This document shows, piece by piece, positions 33,766 through 47,343 of a DNA stretch of 64,000 nt. The position numbers and the translations under genes were made by a program. This DNA is from Azolla caroliniana (taxonomy: Eukaryota; Plantae; Polypodiophyta). Positions within the stretch are counted from its first letter, which is position 1. Each line of letters opens with the position of its first letter. A model generated the notes under the pieces. That model was not told where the DNA came from, made no database searches, and saw only the letters and a program-made list of their open reading frames with translations. The stretch lies in contig JBHGNT010000005.1 of NCBI GenBank assembly GCA_043228905.1, forward strand, positions 2,418,001-2,482,000, read 5' to 3'.

Positions 33766-35030
33766 TCATCATCTACTTAGATGATCTGTTGATTTACTCT
33801 AAAACACAGGAGGAGCATGATATACATGTGCGGAAAGTACTTGAGAAGTGCAATTTTGACTACAAACAAGTTGAATTTTTGGGATACACTATTTCATCCA
33901 AGGGTATTTTCATGGATCTAGCAAAAGTCCAAACAATATTGGAATGACAACCCCCATGTTTAGTTCGGGACGTCCAATGTTTACTCGTATTTGCCAATGT
34001 GTATGCAAATTCATACATAGTTATTCAAGCATTTTGTTGCCCCTCACCCAGCTCACCAAGAAAAATCAACCATTGGTTTGGACTATCAAAGCGGACAAGG
34101 CATTTACACAACTGAAAGAGGCATTCACATCAGCTCCTATCCTAGCTCATATTGATCCCGAAAAACCATTTACCATTGAGGTGGATGCGCCACACTTCGC
34201 ATTATGGAGTATCCTATCGTAACGAGGCATGGAGATCTAGCCTTCGACAATCAAAAGCAGATTCTCCTTGGACCATCAAAACTACATGCACCAATAGTTT
34301 ACGCCACGCCACTTGATTCAAGCGTTCTTGATACTATTCGGCAACAACTTCACTATGATGATTTAGCTAAAGATGTCTTAGCCAACATGGGTTCAAGCCA
34401 TGCATCTTGCTCCACATTGCAATCTTCGTCTCAACACTATTTGGACTTCAAGTAGCAAGATGGACTACTCTTCTACAAAAATCTCCTTTAAATCCCTAAC
34501 GGATCACCCCGACTTCAAGTGTTAGAACACTGTTATGATGATCCTATGGTTGGACATGAAGATTATGTTCGCACATATGAAACCTGTTGTGGAGCCAAAA
34601 TACCCAGGCATCATTCCTATGGCTTGCTACAACCATTACCGCCTCCCAACAAGCCATGGCAATCTATTTTTATGGATTTCATTATGGATCGGCCACCTTC
34701 CAGAGGCTTTGATACTATTTTAACAGTAGTGGATCGATTTACCAAGATGACACATTTTTTTCCATGTGTAAAGAGCGTTAGTAGTCAAGAAACCGTAGAT
34801 CTCATTATGAAAGTGTTTCGCCATCATGGTCTTCCAAACGATATAATTAGCAACTGTGTGCTAAGATCAATTATCAACACTTAGGTCCTTCTGTCATCAT
34901 GGCACATATTAATGATGCAACATTTCGTGTTAACCATCCCGCACGCATGTAGCTCGTCGACTTCCATTGCCACTATCCAAAAAATCCCGGCCCTATAATG
35001 TTAACGTTGACTTCCACTCGTCGTTCTCGT
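33766..35030 (+). pseudogene. Element A RT C-terminus, RNase H and integrase remnants
   Basis: YLDD, VEFLGY, AFTSAPIL, FTIEVDA, integrase motifs; many deletions and stops. Confidence 0.85.
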
Positions 35031-35041
35031 AGGAGGGATAA

Positions 35042-35510
35042 TGTCATGAACACATGACCATTATGACGTTACCCGGACTTGAACCTAGGACCTTGTAATC
35101 CATAATTAAAAACCCTAACCATTAAGATAGCTTATTGTCATATAAAAAACAAAAGCTAGTTTTTGTAATATATTGATTATTGTCAAAACTCTAGTTCATT
35201 CTAGAATGTTCTACAATGTCCAGAATGTCCTAAAACATCTTAGAATATTCTAGGTCTAGAACATTCTAGAACATTATAGAAATCTCTAAGCTATTCTATA
35301 GGAACCTATAAATATAGACATACATGTCTTCTGAAAACAATTCGACGAATCAACACCAACCGTTAGCTCTCATTGCCTATCTTGTATCCATTCTCTTTCT
35401 CTTTCTATCGTAATACACCCATTCTTCTCTTATCATTTTGTTCATTTCTTCTCGTGTTCTCTTAATATATCCTTCTTCCATCACTCTATCTTTTATTCTT
35501 GGTTCTTATA
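35042..35510 (+). repeat. Element A 3' LTR (469 bp)
   Basis: Follows PPT; ends ...GGTTCTTATA before TSD GTTGT. Confidence 0.88.
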
Positions 35511-35785
35511 GTTGTACGAGGCTTGCAACCACTCTGATGATGTGGTCACTGCTCGCTTACGCTTTTGGCATAAATGGAGGAACACACCAATGGTGATGCA
35601 AGGAGGAAATGGCTTGAGGTGGAGCTACCACCACTTAACGTGGTTGTTTCCTACTCACCTCCTACCCTCCCTCCGTTAAAGGCCAGAGGATCGAGCTCAT
35701 GCTGGCCGATGATGATTGCCACTAGTTTATAGCTCTAGGTACCTACTTACATTAAGTAGAATGTAAGAGAGGATATGTACGTATT
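35511..35785 (+). mobile_element. LINE 3' fragment, right half with 3' UTR
   Basis: RLRFWHKWRNTPMVMQGG...WLFPTHL, matching the 49471-49884 ORF. Confidence 0.75.
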
Positions 35786-35859
35786 CTCAATAAGAGATTT
35801 GTAAGTTGATCGCAAGCTTCAATCTTTGGTATGTGTGGAAAACACGTTGCCTAAAGCGT

Positions 35860-36105
35860 AGTTGCTTTGGTCGAGCTTCTCTGTGGGAACTGAACTCGCC
35901 ATACCTCTGTCCATATCTTTCTCTTTCTGTCCTTACCGGGTATTAGGGTTTGTCTTCGAAAGCATTTGTCGGTTGCAGAGGTTCTCAACCCTCGCGCTCT
36001 GATACCATGTCAAAGTAAACATGTGGAAGCGTTTGACAAACCGACTCAGCCGGATAGCAACAGAAGATGAAAGGAAAACTCAACATACAGAGAGTACGCG
36101 TACGC

Positions 36106-36151
<46 letters not shown>

Positions 36152-36300
36152 AGAACATATACTCAATTCAAAATAATACCCTCAATTTCTGTGTACCGAA
36201 ATGCGTGGTGTTCAGCATCTCGACGTGCCACACTTGAGGGGGAGAATGGGCAAAGACACCAAAACGAGCAAAGGTAAAGAAATTGTCGATTACGCCGGTG
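35860..36300 (-). mobile_element. Fragment of another LTR element (PBS plus partial LTR with (GA)n)
   Basis: GCGCTCTGATACCA (35994-36007) next to TGTCA; lies within a second LINE tail. Confidence 0.55.
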
Positions 36301-36302
36301 AG

Positions 36303-36565
36303 GGCGAGTTTTGCAGCCAATTTGACGACGTGGTCATTGCCTGCTTATGCTTTGGGCAGAAATGGAGGAACACGCCAATGGTGACGCAAGAGGGAAATGG
36401 CCCTAATTATTAGCCCCCACGTTGGTTGTTTCTTACTCACCTCCCACCCTCCCTTCATTGCAGGCGAGAGGATCGAGGTCGTGTTAGGCGGCGATGATTG
36501 CCACTAGTTTATAGCTCTAGATACCTACTTACATTAAGTAGAAAGTAAGAGAAGATATGTACGCC
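36303..36565 (+). mobile_element. Second LINE 3' tail copy
   Basis: Similar to 35515-35785; its upstream piece is at ~35805-35857. Confidence 0.7.
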
Positions 36566-36722
36566 GTAATCTTTGTCTTGCTTTACAACATTTATTTCAA
36601 TGAACCTTATGACTTCATGGTATGTCTTATTTTTTATTCAATGATTTATTCTTTTTATTTTTCTTGTTTCAAAGATGTTCACTCAAATATCATAAATCTA
36701 CCATGTGATTGTAAATTATGCA

Positions 36723-38040
36723 TAGCAATTGGCTTGGTTCGGTTTCTTGACCTTAAAACCAAACCAAACCATTTATTCATAATAAAAACCGAACCAAATT
36801 GTTTAAACTTTATGAAGTCATTTAAACCGAACCATTTAGAGCCGAACAATTTAAACCAAACCGTTTAAAAAATAGGAGAAACCAAATTGTTTATGAAAAA
36901 TTTAGAACCACACTAAACCGGTTTATCATAAATCAAAACCAAACCAAATTTGTGTGAGAAAATCATCATAAATTTATTTATCATAAATTTTGTCATCTTA
37001 CTTAAATTTGGTTATCATACTTATTATAAATTTAGTCATTATACTTATCATAAATTTGGCCATCATACTTATCATAAATTTTTTTTTCCCTAAAAACAAA
37101 TACTACTTCGCATTACTTAGCAAACAAAGTACATTAAAGACCAACCAATTTCAACAAAACCCACTCTAGTCTTCTTACCAAAGTGATCATAGTCCCCACC
37201 CCCTCATTTACAACAAAAGTATCCCATCAACTCTCTTAACATGGTAACTACCTTGTAACATATTTATACATATTTATAGATCTTGGTCACTAATGGAAAC
37301 CATTGGCGGAAACAACCATCTGGGTGCTTGGTAGTTCGATTTAGGCCCTGATTATGATCTGACCACCATAGGAGAACTGTCCCATTTCAATAGAAACCTT
37401 GACCGAGCTCTTTCTGCTTCATCTGATTCCCCCTGAATTGAATTGTACCGTCCCCACAACCAAGGTACCAGGTCGATCTAGATGTTTAACAACACCTCAC
37501 CGCTTAAGAGCTTGTGCTGTTGAAAAACAAACTTACAACGCCTAGTCCAAATGTGCCAAACCATTAAGCAAGCCACCACCATCCATATCTCCTCAAAAAA
37601 TTCGGAGTTTGTGCCAGGTCGAACTCCAACACATTGAAACACATTGGCACCCTACACTATAAATCGATGACCATGGGGGTTTAACTGTTCCACCCAGCCT
37701 TCCATTGTTAACTTCAGCCCCTGAAAGGACCCCCATATCATCATAAATGAAAAGGTGACTCTACATATAAAACTAGGGTTTAAAATTAAAAGTTGAAAGT
37801 TAGAGCCTATATGGAAAATTTAGGAGTATTTTTTAACCTTTAAACCAAACCACATAAACCGAAACTGTCAAACCGTGAAATTGCTAAACTACCAAACCGC
37901 TAAACTATGAAATTCAAATCGAAACTGAATAGTAACATTTGAAACCAAACCAAACTATTTGTTTATCTTCGAACCAATAAACCATTAAGCCATGATTTAA
38001 CCGTACCATTCGGTTTGAGCCAAAACCGAGGTCATTGCTA
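36723..38040. mobile_element. hAT-type non-autonomous element carrying a LINE fragment
   Basis: TAGCAAT...ATTGCTA termini, TSD ATTATGCA/TTTATGCA, AAACC(G/A)-rich subterminal repeats; LINE motif NYQAPRWLFPP on minus at ~37300-37340. Confidence 0.75.
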
Positions 38041-39779
38041 TTTATGCATAAGGTTTTTCTAGATTTCATTTACATTTCCTTTATATATGCCTAAGTTTAT
38101 ATCATGTATTAACTAATCTTTCATGTTCGAGTTAAGATTTTATTATTCACATTCATATTGTGTTTAAAGTAAACACAAGGATGTTCCCATACCCTATTTT
38201 CTCTTTCAAAATGCATTGAAAATGGAAATAGTGTAGAATCAACAACATCCAATTGTCTTATCATCAAGTCATGCCCATTCTATATATTTTGGTACAATGC
38301 ATAATACCTTTATTTTTATTACCTTTTCTTGAAAAATAATGCATTTGACGTGAAAATGAAGGGCAAGTCTACACTTAAACATGCAGTTATGGGCATGCAA
38401 AGTTGAAAACCATCATGAAACATTTACACGAAGGGTGATCATGAAAGTACAGAAGGATCCTTGTGCTTTTCATTAATTTGAAAAAACACCATTATAAAAA
38501 CAATACAAAAACACCAAGGGAAAATCCTTGTTTGTTCTTACACAACACCTGAGTAAAAGACAAAAAGTAAAGGTGAAATATGCAAGTTATTAATGTAGGA
38601 TATTTAAGAAACCTAACTAGGTAAAACGAATTAACTATTGCACAAACTAGTTACATTGTGATGCAACCTTGTGAAGTCATATTTATTATGTTGCATAGTA
38701 CCATGATTAAACTAATTAATCTTGAATCATGGTCAATCTATCTCTAACTAATTATGTTATCATAGATCTTAATACATTAAAATCTATTGAAATTGGTCCA
38801 TGTATAATTTAGATGGATTGCACTTAATTAATTTGAACTAAGTAGGTTGATCTATAACATTTTGGTTAGAGAGCATATGATCTACATTCAATAATTATGA
38901 ACCTACAAGTATTTTTGTCTCCTAATTTATGCCTTTCTTAAACTTAAATCTAATGATGTGTTAAATTGGTTAACATAATTATGTATAATTTAATAACAAG
39001 TAATTTATTCCCTCTTTCAACTAACTACAATTCTAGGCCGAATCATTGTACAAGGATGAATGTTAGGAGATTATAAAACCATTATCATGGATGGAATTGA
39101 AAAGTAAAATATTCATTGAATTTACTTCTCAAAGTAATCACAAATGATTGCGTCCAGAAGGAACTATCACGTCCCTACAAGGATTTGTACATAACACTCT
39201 CATTTGTAAAATTTTATAACTAATGGAATGAGTTTTTTATTGGGAAAAAAAACAAATGATTGCGTCCTATTGAAGTTCAAGCATATTTATTCGATGCTAT
39301 GGTCATCAACAAATCAAAGAACATAAGAAGATTGGTGCTTAAGTAGATAAGGGCCAAAGTGACAATGTTTTCTACCATACAAACCATCTTTTCTAATATA
39401 CAGATGCAATTTGGACCTACTACACATAAGTGGACTGAAGCCTTTTCTCCATTTGATGTTCTGATTGGAGTAAGAGCATATATTGGGCAATAAGTTTTTA
39501 TGACTTTTGATGTACATGATAATAGTAGGTTAAATTACACCTACACAAAAATTGATTTGTTTTGTTTTTGTTTATAAAAAGAACAGAGGGTGTATCCACA
39601 AAAGGTGAACATTTTATGAAGGTTTTAGATTATGGAAAGGAGACTAGTATCTAGGTCAACTTGGAATCCTAGAGAACTTTATTGGAAAGTGTCGATTCAA
39701 GTTTGGATAAAACATGTGCTTTTTTTCCGAGATTGTCATGAAACTATTATGTGCTAGGTCGTGGAAGGAACGAGTTGTC

Positions 39780-40457
39780 AATGTTTTTGAATGTCGAATA
39801 AACCCATGTGCAAGACTTTCCTCGATGTATTCTCGAAGAGCCTCAAGCTCAGTGGGTGATAAATTGTAAATTGAACCCCATGATGGCTCTTTTCCTAGTT
39901 AGAGATCAATAGGACAGTCGTACGACCGATGCTTTGGAAGAACACTAGCTTTGACTTTGTTGAAAACATTAGCATAGTCTTTGATATTTTTGGGAATTTG
40001 GATGTCTGAATTCCCTTGAGTGGCACTAGAAGGTGTCACTGATACTTGGTGCAATTGTTGCTGTGATGGCTGAAATTTGATGAAAAGGAGATGGTACATT
40101 GCTAGAACTATATTCTTCAAGAGAAATAATCCTGAGTTCAATCCTTGGCAATGATATTTTCTGCTGAAGGGTACCAAATTTCTCGCTTCCTCTAATCGAT
40201 TCTAGGGTTATGTAGCTCGAACCATGGCAAACCGAGGACAATTGGATGCCTAGGACTACGGATTATGTTAAAGGAAACTACACATCCTAAATCACCTAAG
40301 AGTATGTGTATTGGCTCAGACTCTTCGAATATCTTCCCGGAAGCTATGGGACGTCCATTAATCAGTACTACGGAAACTGGACAAGGAAGTGTACGCAAGG
40401 ATATTTGGTGTTTTTGGGCAAAATCTCTATCCATGAAACAAGAATTGGCTCCAGTAT
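39780..40457 (-). pseudogene. A-family gypsy protease to RT-start fragment
   Basis: DTGANSCFM, IVLGLPWFELHNPRID, LPKHRSYDCPIDL, GFIRHS. Confidence 0.85.
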
Positions 40458-40708
40458 CTTCCATCACCCTATCTTTTATTCTTGGTTCTAACAGTTTGAT
40501 TCGAATTGATTTGAGAATACATGTATGCCCTTATTTATAGTTTCCTATAGAATAGCATAGAGATTCCTATAATGATCTAGAGTTTTTACAATAATCAATC
40601 TAATACAAAAAGTAGCTTTTATCCTCTCATATGACAATAAGCTATCTTAATGGTTGAGGTTTTCAATTATGGATTACAAGGTTCGAGGTTCAAGTCTGGG
40701 TGATGCCA
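40458..40708. repeat. Rearranged A-family LTR pieces
   Basis: 40458-40493 is the LTR 3' end on plus (...GGTTCTAACA); 40494-40708 is the reverse complement of the LTR 5' portion. Confidence 0.8.
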
Positions 40709-41964
40709 TTTGGGTTGTCCTTGATAGACTAACAAAATTGGCTAGATTTATTCCTACCAAAACCACAGTAACCGCTTATCAATTTGGGTCTTTAAGAAAC
40801 TAGAAACTACGTTGAGCATGAGTTCCGCAAATCATCCTCAGTCTTATGGACAAACAGAATGAGTTAAACAAATTATTGAGGACATGCTTCGAGCTTATGT
40901 AGCAAAAAGTCCTTCTAAGTGGGACACACAATTTTTTGCAAGACATGAACCAAATGTTGCATATTGCTAAAGACAATGTCAAGACAACTCAAGATCGTGC
41001 TCGATTTTATGTTGATTAGGAGAGATGTCCTCGTGCATTTACTATTGGTCAAAAAGTTTTTTTTGTGTCCCTACTGACTCTACGTCATTGTCTACTGGCA
41101 AGTGCGCTAAGTTAACCCCACGATATTGTGGCCCATCTGAAATCCTTAAATGAATTGGGTCATCTGCTTATCACCTTGCCTTACCCCGTAACGTTGGTAT
41201 TCGTCTTGTTTTTCACATCAGTCGTCTAAAACTATTTTTAGGCTCTAGTGATAACACCATCACAATCCAAGATCTTGTAACATTAGAGGAATTTTCTTAC
41301 AAACCTCATGTTCCTGAACGAATTCTTGATTCTCGTACTAAACATTTACGTTCTAAAGAGATTCAGCTATTCAAGATGTAATGGATGGATAAACCTATTG
41401 ATGATGCCACATGGGGACGCGAGCATATTCGTAAGGCACAATTTCCTCACTTTATATTGCAAGACATCAATTTTTTAAAGTAGGGGAGTATGTTATGTAC
41501 ACATAACGTTGGTTAGGGTAGGTCATTAATATTTACATTAGTGAAGGGTATGTTCACTAATGTTAAAAAGGGGCTAATGTGATTGGATAGAAGGAATGAT
41601 AGGTGCATGCACTATCATGATTTGGGCAACCAATGAATGGAGACCCTTTTAGAAAGGCACATCTATTCAAGGGGCCTAGGAAAAGGTATAAATATGAGCC
41701 TTAGCTACCCTCATAAGAACATTACGTCGGAAGGTTGTTGTCTTAGACACCGATGGCGCGGGCTAGGCTTTCATCTCGGCGATCGTGTTCATCTCTTCCA
41801 AGGTATTAGTCATCCTAATATTCGGCGGTATGAGACGTTCGTGATAGGTTGGCTATGTCTAGATCATAGCTCAGGGGTGGTCGGGTGGAACGGGTTCTCC
41901 TATCCAATCTATTTTCCTTCTTTTACTTTACTTTGGTCTATTGATTAGTAATAGTCTTTTAACA
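40701..41964 (+). mobile_element. 3' remnant of a chromoviral gypsy element (integrase, chromodomain, PPT, LTR 41491-41964)
   Basis: DAIWVVLDRLTKLARFIP, KLTPRYCGP, RILDSR...WMDKPIDDATW; PPT AAGTAGGGGAG; TGTTA...TAACA. Confidence 0.8.
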
Positions 41965-43212
41965 CTCGACTTCGACCTCGTACCCAACTTTTCCCAATTT
42001 TGGGGACTTCTATTTCGGGCCCTTCCTCTGTTCATGTCACCTTCAAGTCAATAATTACCTCTTAGTCCTTGCAATGAGCTTCTTCATTCAACAAATTCGA
42101 CCTCACCTTCTCCAGGGATAGATGCTTCCCTTTTGGTCCGGCGTTGCCAAATGTGACAACGAGCGTCTCCCACCTGTCCGGAAAGGATCCCAACAACAAT
42201 AATGCTAATACCTCGTCGGTAAGAGGTACTTCTAGAGGTGGTTTGGTTGATCAATCCTTGGAAGGCATTCAAGTGCTCCGCCATGTTGGAGCCATCCTGA
42301 TACTAGAGTCATGATTTTTCGGAAACTCTATCGACAACAGTTTTGTTTTCGAACATAATGTCGATCTTCTCCCAGAGGATGTCCGCCTTGTTCTTTTCAT
42401 TAAAGTTGATATATAGACTCATGTTTATAAAATACCTTATATACGTTCCGGCCTTCAGATGAATGACTTCCAAGTGGATGCATTGATCTTGTCTGGCTTG
42501 GTCTTGTTGTATTGCACCGGCAACCATAAGTCTTTGCACAAAAGCATATCTCGTATCTTCGACTTCCACACTAAGTAGTTGGAGGCGGTTAACTTGAACA
42601 TGTCGTTGAATGAGTCTTCCATTTTCTTTCCTTGCTTGAAGGTTATGAACCTTCGCTTCGATACCAGTTTGTTGAAAAATGGGTCTTGGCCACAACCGAG
42701 ATTCAAGTGCAAAAGGAGACAGAACAAAACACAAAAAGTTGGACACAAGATATTTTAGCGTGGAAAACCCGAAATGGGAAAAAACCACGAGAGCACACAT
42801 ACTCCGAACTGAATCACTATGATGGGAGGAATACATCAAGAAACTTCAAGGCAACGACCTTGAAGTTCTTCTTCGTCACAAACGGATGTGGAGTTACTCA
42901 CACACTCTCCCACACTCTAGTTACAGAGGCAACTACTCACTGTACCTACTTACAACAATAATGGTAATACACTCTATCATAACTACTTGCCCAAACTATA
43001 TTTATACTCATACACTATATTAGCTATTTACAAATATAGCCCACTAAGGGCACATTGAGGCTATTTACAAATCTATTCTCGAGTCGGCCGAATCGATTAT
43101 TCGGTTTGTCAATTTTTTTGCTCAATCGATTTTCGGCCTTGGCGAGTTGCCCATTGACTTCATCCGACTCGACTCAAGCTCTTCCCATCCGGAGGGACTA
43201 GCTTTCCCAACA
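41965..43212 (-). mobile_element. 5' remnant of a copia element (LTR 42670-43212, PBS, gag)
   Basis: TGTTG...CAACA; PBS TGGTATCGAAGC (42655-42666); gag MFKLTASNYLVWKSKIRDML, MAEHLNAFQGLINQ. Confidence 0.8.
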
Positions 43213-44281
43213 TAAAAGAGACTCGTGTCTTTATTTTCTTTGTTTATTTTTTCTCCTCGTTAAATTCATTAGAAATGACCACATCAACTACCTCATGTTT
43301 GCCCTTCTTGGTCTATCACTTTCTTTGTCCTTGCTTTCATTGGCCTCCTCCTTATGTGTTGTTCCATCGTCTTTATCCTAATAAGGATTAACTTCATCAT
43401 TTTCATTTAGGTCTAATTTGGTCTTAATGTTATTTTCAATTGATGGATCTATATCATACCCATTGATAACATCCTCAATTGATGGATCATGAGTGTATGT
43501 GAATTGAATATCCTTCTTCCAATGGGTCGAGGTGCATAATTTAACATTGTCATATTTTTCTTTCTAAAAAACATATCCTTCCGTTAGTTTTAAAAAGGCA
43601 TATCAACGACTGAATACGACAATCACTACCCATGGATCCTTCTCCATTTAAAATTGCCCATATTGCCAATATGGGTCCACAAATCATACCATTACACCAC
43701 GTAAGACCAAAACTGTTGAGCCCACTTATTTTACCAAAAGGAGAGATGATTGGGAGATATATAGCCTCCAATCTGTGACTTTCAGCATACATGCTTAACA
43801 TCACTACATATCCTACTATTGTATCAGGATCCAATTTGATAGCTTCATTCAAGCACAATTTCCCCATATTTATAATACCAAAGCATCTACATGCTATCAA
43901 TAAGGTCAACCAAGTACATATCTGCTGCTTTTGTCATTGTTCGAAGCATCAACTCAACCTCTTTAAGACAACCAAATTGCCCAAGTAGTTTAACCATGCA
44001 ATAATAATCTCAATACAATCATACCCTTCTTAAACATTTTCTGCATCTTTTGAAGCTCACAAAATACTAGTAAATGCAGCATTAATTGGAATTAATCCCT
44101 GTTGTTCCATCTCTTTCAGGCAATGCCTTGCTACTGTGTGCCTATCATGTAGAGAGACGTCCATGAAACCCTGTCATGAAATGGTAGTATATTGAACATT
44201 CGGTAAGACTCTTCCAACTTTCTACATGCTGCATACATGTTAATGAGCAAATTGCTTATAGCAACTGAATCAAATCCATGC

Positions 44282-44505
44282 ACAAGATTTCTTAAAATCT
44301 GGGCAGATAACTCTTCTGCAGAGAGTAACTTGCTAAGTGTTGGGACTGAAAACCTGACATTCCCCTCCTCATCAGGAACTACCTTCAAAGGCACCCTCGA
44401 TATCTCATCCTAAACCTCGTCCGATAACCACTCCGGTACATCCACCCATTGTCCAAGCAATGAATCGCTTGATACCGAAAAATGTGTTCTCTGGATTAAT
44501 GGTTG
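44282..44505 (-). pseudogene. HSP70/DnaK fragment (earlier ATPase-domain segment)
   Basis: ATINPENTFFGIKRFI and VVPDEEGNV...SAEELSAQILRNLV. Confidence 0.8.
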
Positions 44506-44697
44506 CTTCTCTTAGTAAACCTCGAGACAATTTGTTGTATTGATGGAATTCATGTTGATCCTACTACTAAGATCACTTCGTTTATCTGATTGTGTTCAAG
44601 TTTTGCATTTTGAACTGTGATTTCAACAGGTTTTTGGCATCTGTCCAAGACATGTGAACAAAATTCTTCAAATTTTGCGTTAGTACCAATGGTATCA

Positions 44698-45162
<465 letters not shown>

Positions 45163-46520
45163 TATCATGTATCAGACTTGCCTGTTTCACAGCTCCCATA
45201 TAAGAAGTTTGTGGGGATAACAAAAACCCCGCAGCAACAACAACAGCATAACAGTAAGGAGCCATGGCCATGGCTCACAAACACCATCTGAGCTTTTTCC
45301 AAATCATCCCATTTGGCATACATGTCAACGAAAGCATTCCCAAGCATAACATTCTCTTCCAATAATCTTTTACAAATTATCTCACCATGGATTTGTTTAC
45401 CCTTACGAAACTCACTATACATATTCCACATCCCTATATATCTCTAAATCGAAGCTTTGAAAATATTTCTTGTGCCTCACCAAGTAAACCAAAAAAAATC
45501 TCCGTGGGATTGTGCTCAACATATCCTATAATCAATGCATTCCACGAGAGAACATCTCTGATTGCAAGAGTATCAAATACATCGTGTGCTTGTAATAGAG
45601 TGCAACACCTAGCATACATCCCTATCACACTATTTCCAATACAAATATCACTTTCGAAACCATCCCATACAATCTTTGCATACGGTCTTCGTACTTTCTC
45701 AACGTCTCCTACTCTTCCACATGCTTTCAAGCATCACGAATACGTTACAACATTTGGTGGAACAATCGCCTCCAATTTCATTTGCCGAATACATTTCAAA
45801 ACTTCATTGAAAGGTCCATGTTCGGTGTATCCCGCAATCAATGTATTCCATGATACATAGATATGAACCATTTCAATGCTTCTTCAGCATGCTCATGTTT
45901 AGCATAATTTGCAATCAACACGTTGCAAGCTATTCCATAGGTAGAAACCAAAGTAGTTGCATCCGGAGACAAGCCCTCGCAACTCATAGCTTTGAACCAT
46001 TTCAATCCTTCTTCAACATGCTCATAGTCAACAACACATAAGACCTACTACCAAATGTATACATCCTAATACAACACCTTTTGACAGTTTGTCTCCACTC
46101 ATCCTCACCAAAAAAATGAGAAAACCACTCCCCAAATTTGAAAAGTAAATGAAAACAAAATCAAGCCTCCCTATCACTCCCTAGAATTGTTGCATCATCC
46201 ATTAACATGATCCATCTCTACCACAAACTTAGACTAAAAAGATTTTCTTATGAGGATGGCTTCCTCAAGCAAAGCCGAACCAAACAACCTTAATGTTCTT
46301 ATTCCCTCATCCTTCACATCCATAAACTACACAATAAGAACCACACCGATATAATCAGAACATCCATGAAAAACTAATTATTATGAACTAATCGTATTCC
46401 CTTCCTTAAATCTTCTCCACTCCTAACCAAAGGAACATGCTTTCACGCTATGTCACTTGAATATGAGATTGGATGAAGAACAAATAATGACACGAAGAGT
46501 AGCATACAATAAATGTGATC

Positions 46521-47343
46521 CAACCTCCCTATCACTCCATATAATTGCTTCCTCCTCCCATATCATCATCCTACTCCAACAACAACAAAAAATTATTATT
46601 ATGTTGTTCAAGTCTACGGATGACTTCCCCAAGCAAAGCTAATCCTTAAACCCCCTCAATGTCCAATCTAATAGTATTAGTAAATGCTTCATTCACCATC
46701 AACATCTGTCCATGGTAACTGCCCAACGGTAGTGCACCATAGTCCATCAGCTACATAATAAAATCTATCAAAAAGTGCCAACCAAAGCGAAGTAAGTTAT
46801 AATAGAAATATATAAAATAAACCTCCCTGTCACTCCATAGAAATGCTTCCTCCTCCCATAACCTCATCCTTCTTCAATAAAAAAGCGCATTATTATGCTT
46901 TTCAAGTCTATTGATGACTTCCCCAAGCAAAGTTGATCCTAAAACCCCCTCAATGTCCAGTCTAATAGTAATAGTAAATGCTTCATCCACCATCGCCATC
47001 TGTTCAAGGTAACTGCCCAGCGGCAATGCATCATAGTCCATCTGGTACATAATAAAAACCTGCCAAAAAGTATCAAACACTACAAATTAAGTTATAATAG
47101 AATTATATAAAATAACCTCCCTGTCACTCCATAGAAATGTTTTGTCCTCCCATAGCAACATCCTTCTCCAACAAAGAATAGAATTATTATGTTTTTCAAT
47201 TATACAGATGACTTCCCAAAGCAAAGTTGATCCTTAAACCCCCACGTTGTTCAATCTATAGTACTAATAAATGTGACATCCACCATCAACATATGTCCAT
47301 GATAACTGCCCAACATCAGTACATTGTAATCCATAAGCTACAC
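46521..47343. repeat. ~295-bp tandem repeat x3 (diverged extra unit ~46165-46300)
   Basis: Units begin ACCTCCCT(A/G)TCACTCCATA at ~46523, ~46820, ~47116; third unit resumes at 48805. Confidence 0.85.

Larger units (their letters stand above)
16011..35510 (+). mobile_element. Element A: degenerate Ty3/gypsy LTR retrotransposon (chromovirus Tf/Tcn1-like), host of the nest
   Basis: LTRs 16011-~16442 (3'-truncated) and 35042-35510; TSD GTTGT; PPT AGGAGGGATAA at 35031-35041; RT (GFIRHS..GAP, IIYLDD), RNase H and integrase (YGLLQPLPPPNKPWQSIFMDFI, VVDRFTKM) remnants. Confidence 0.88.
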
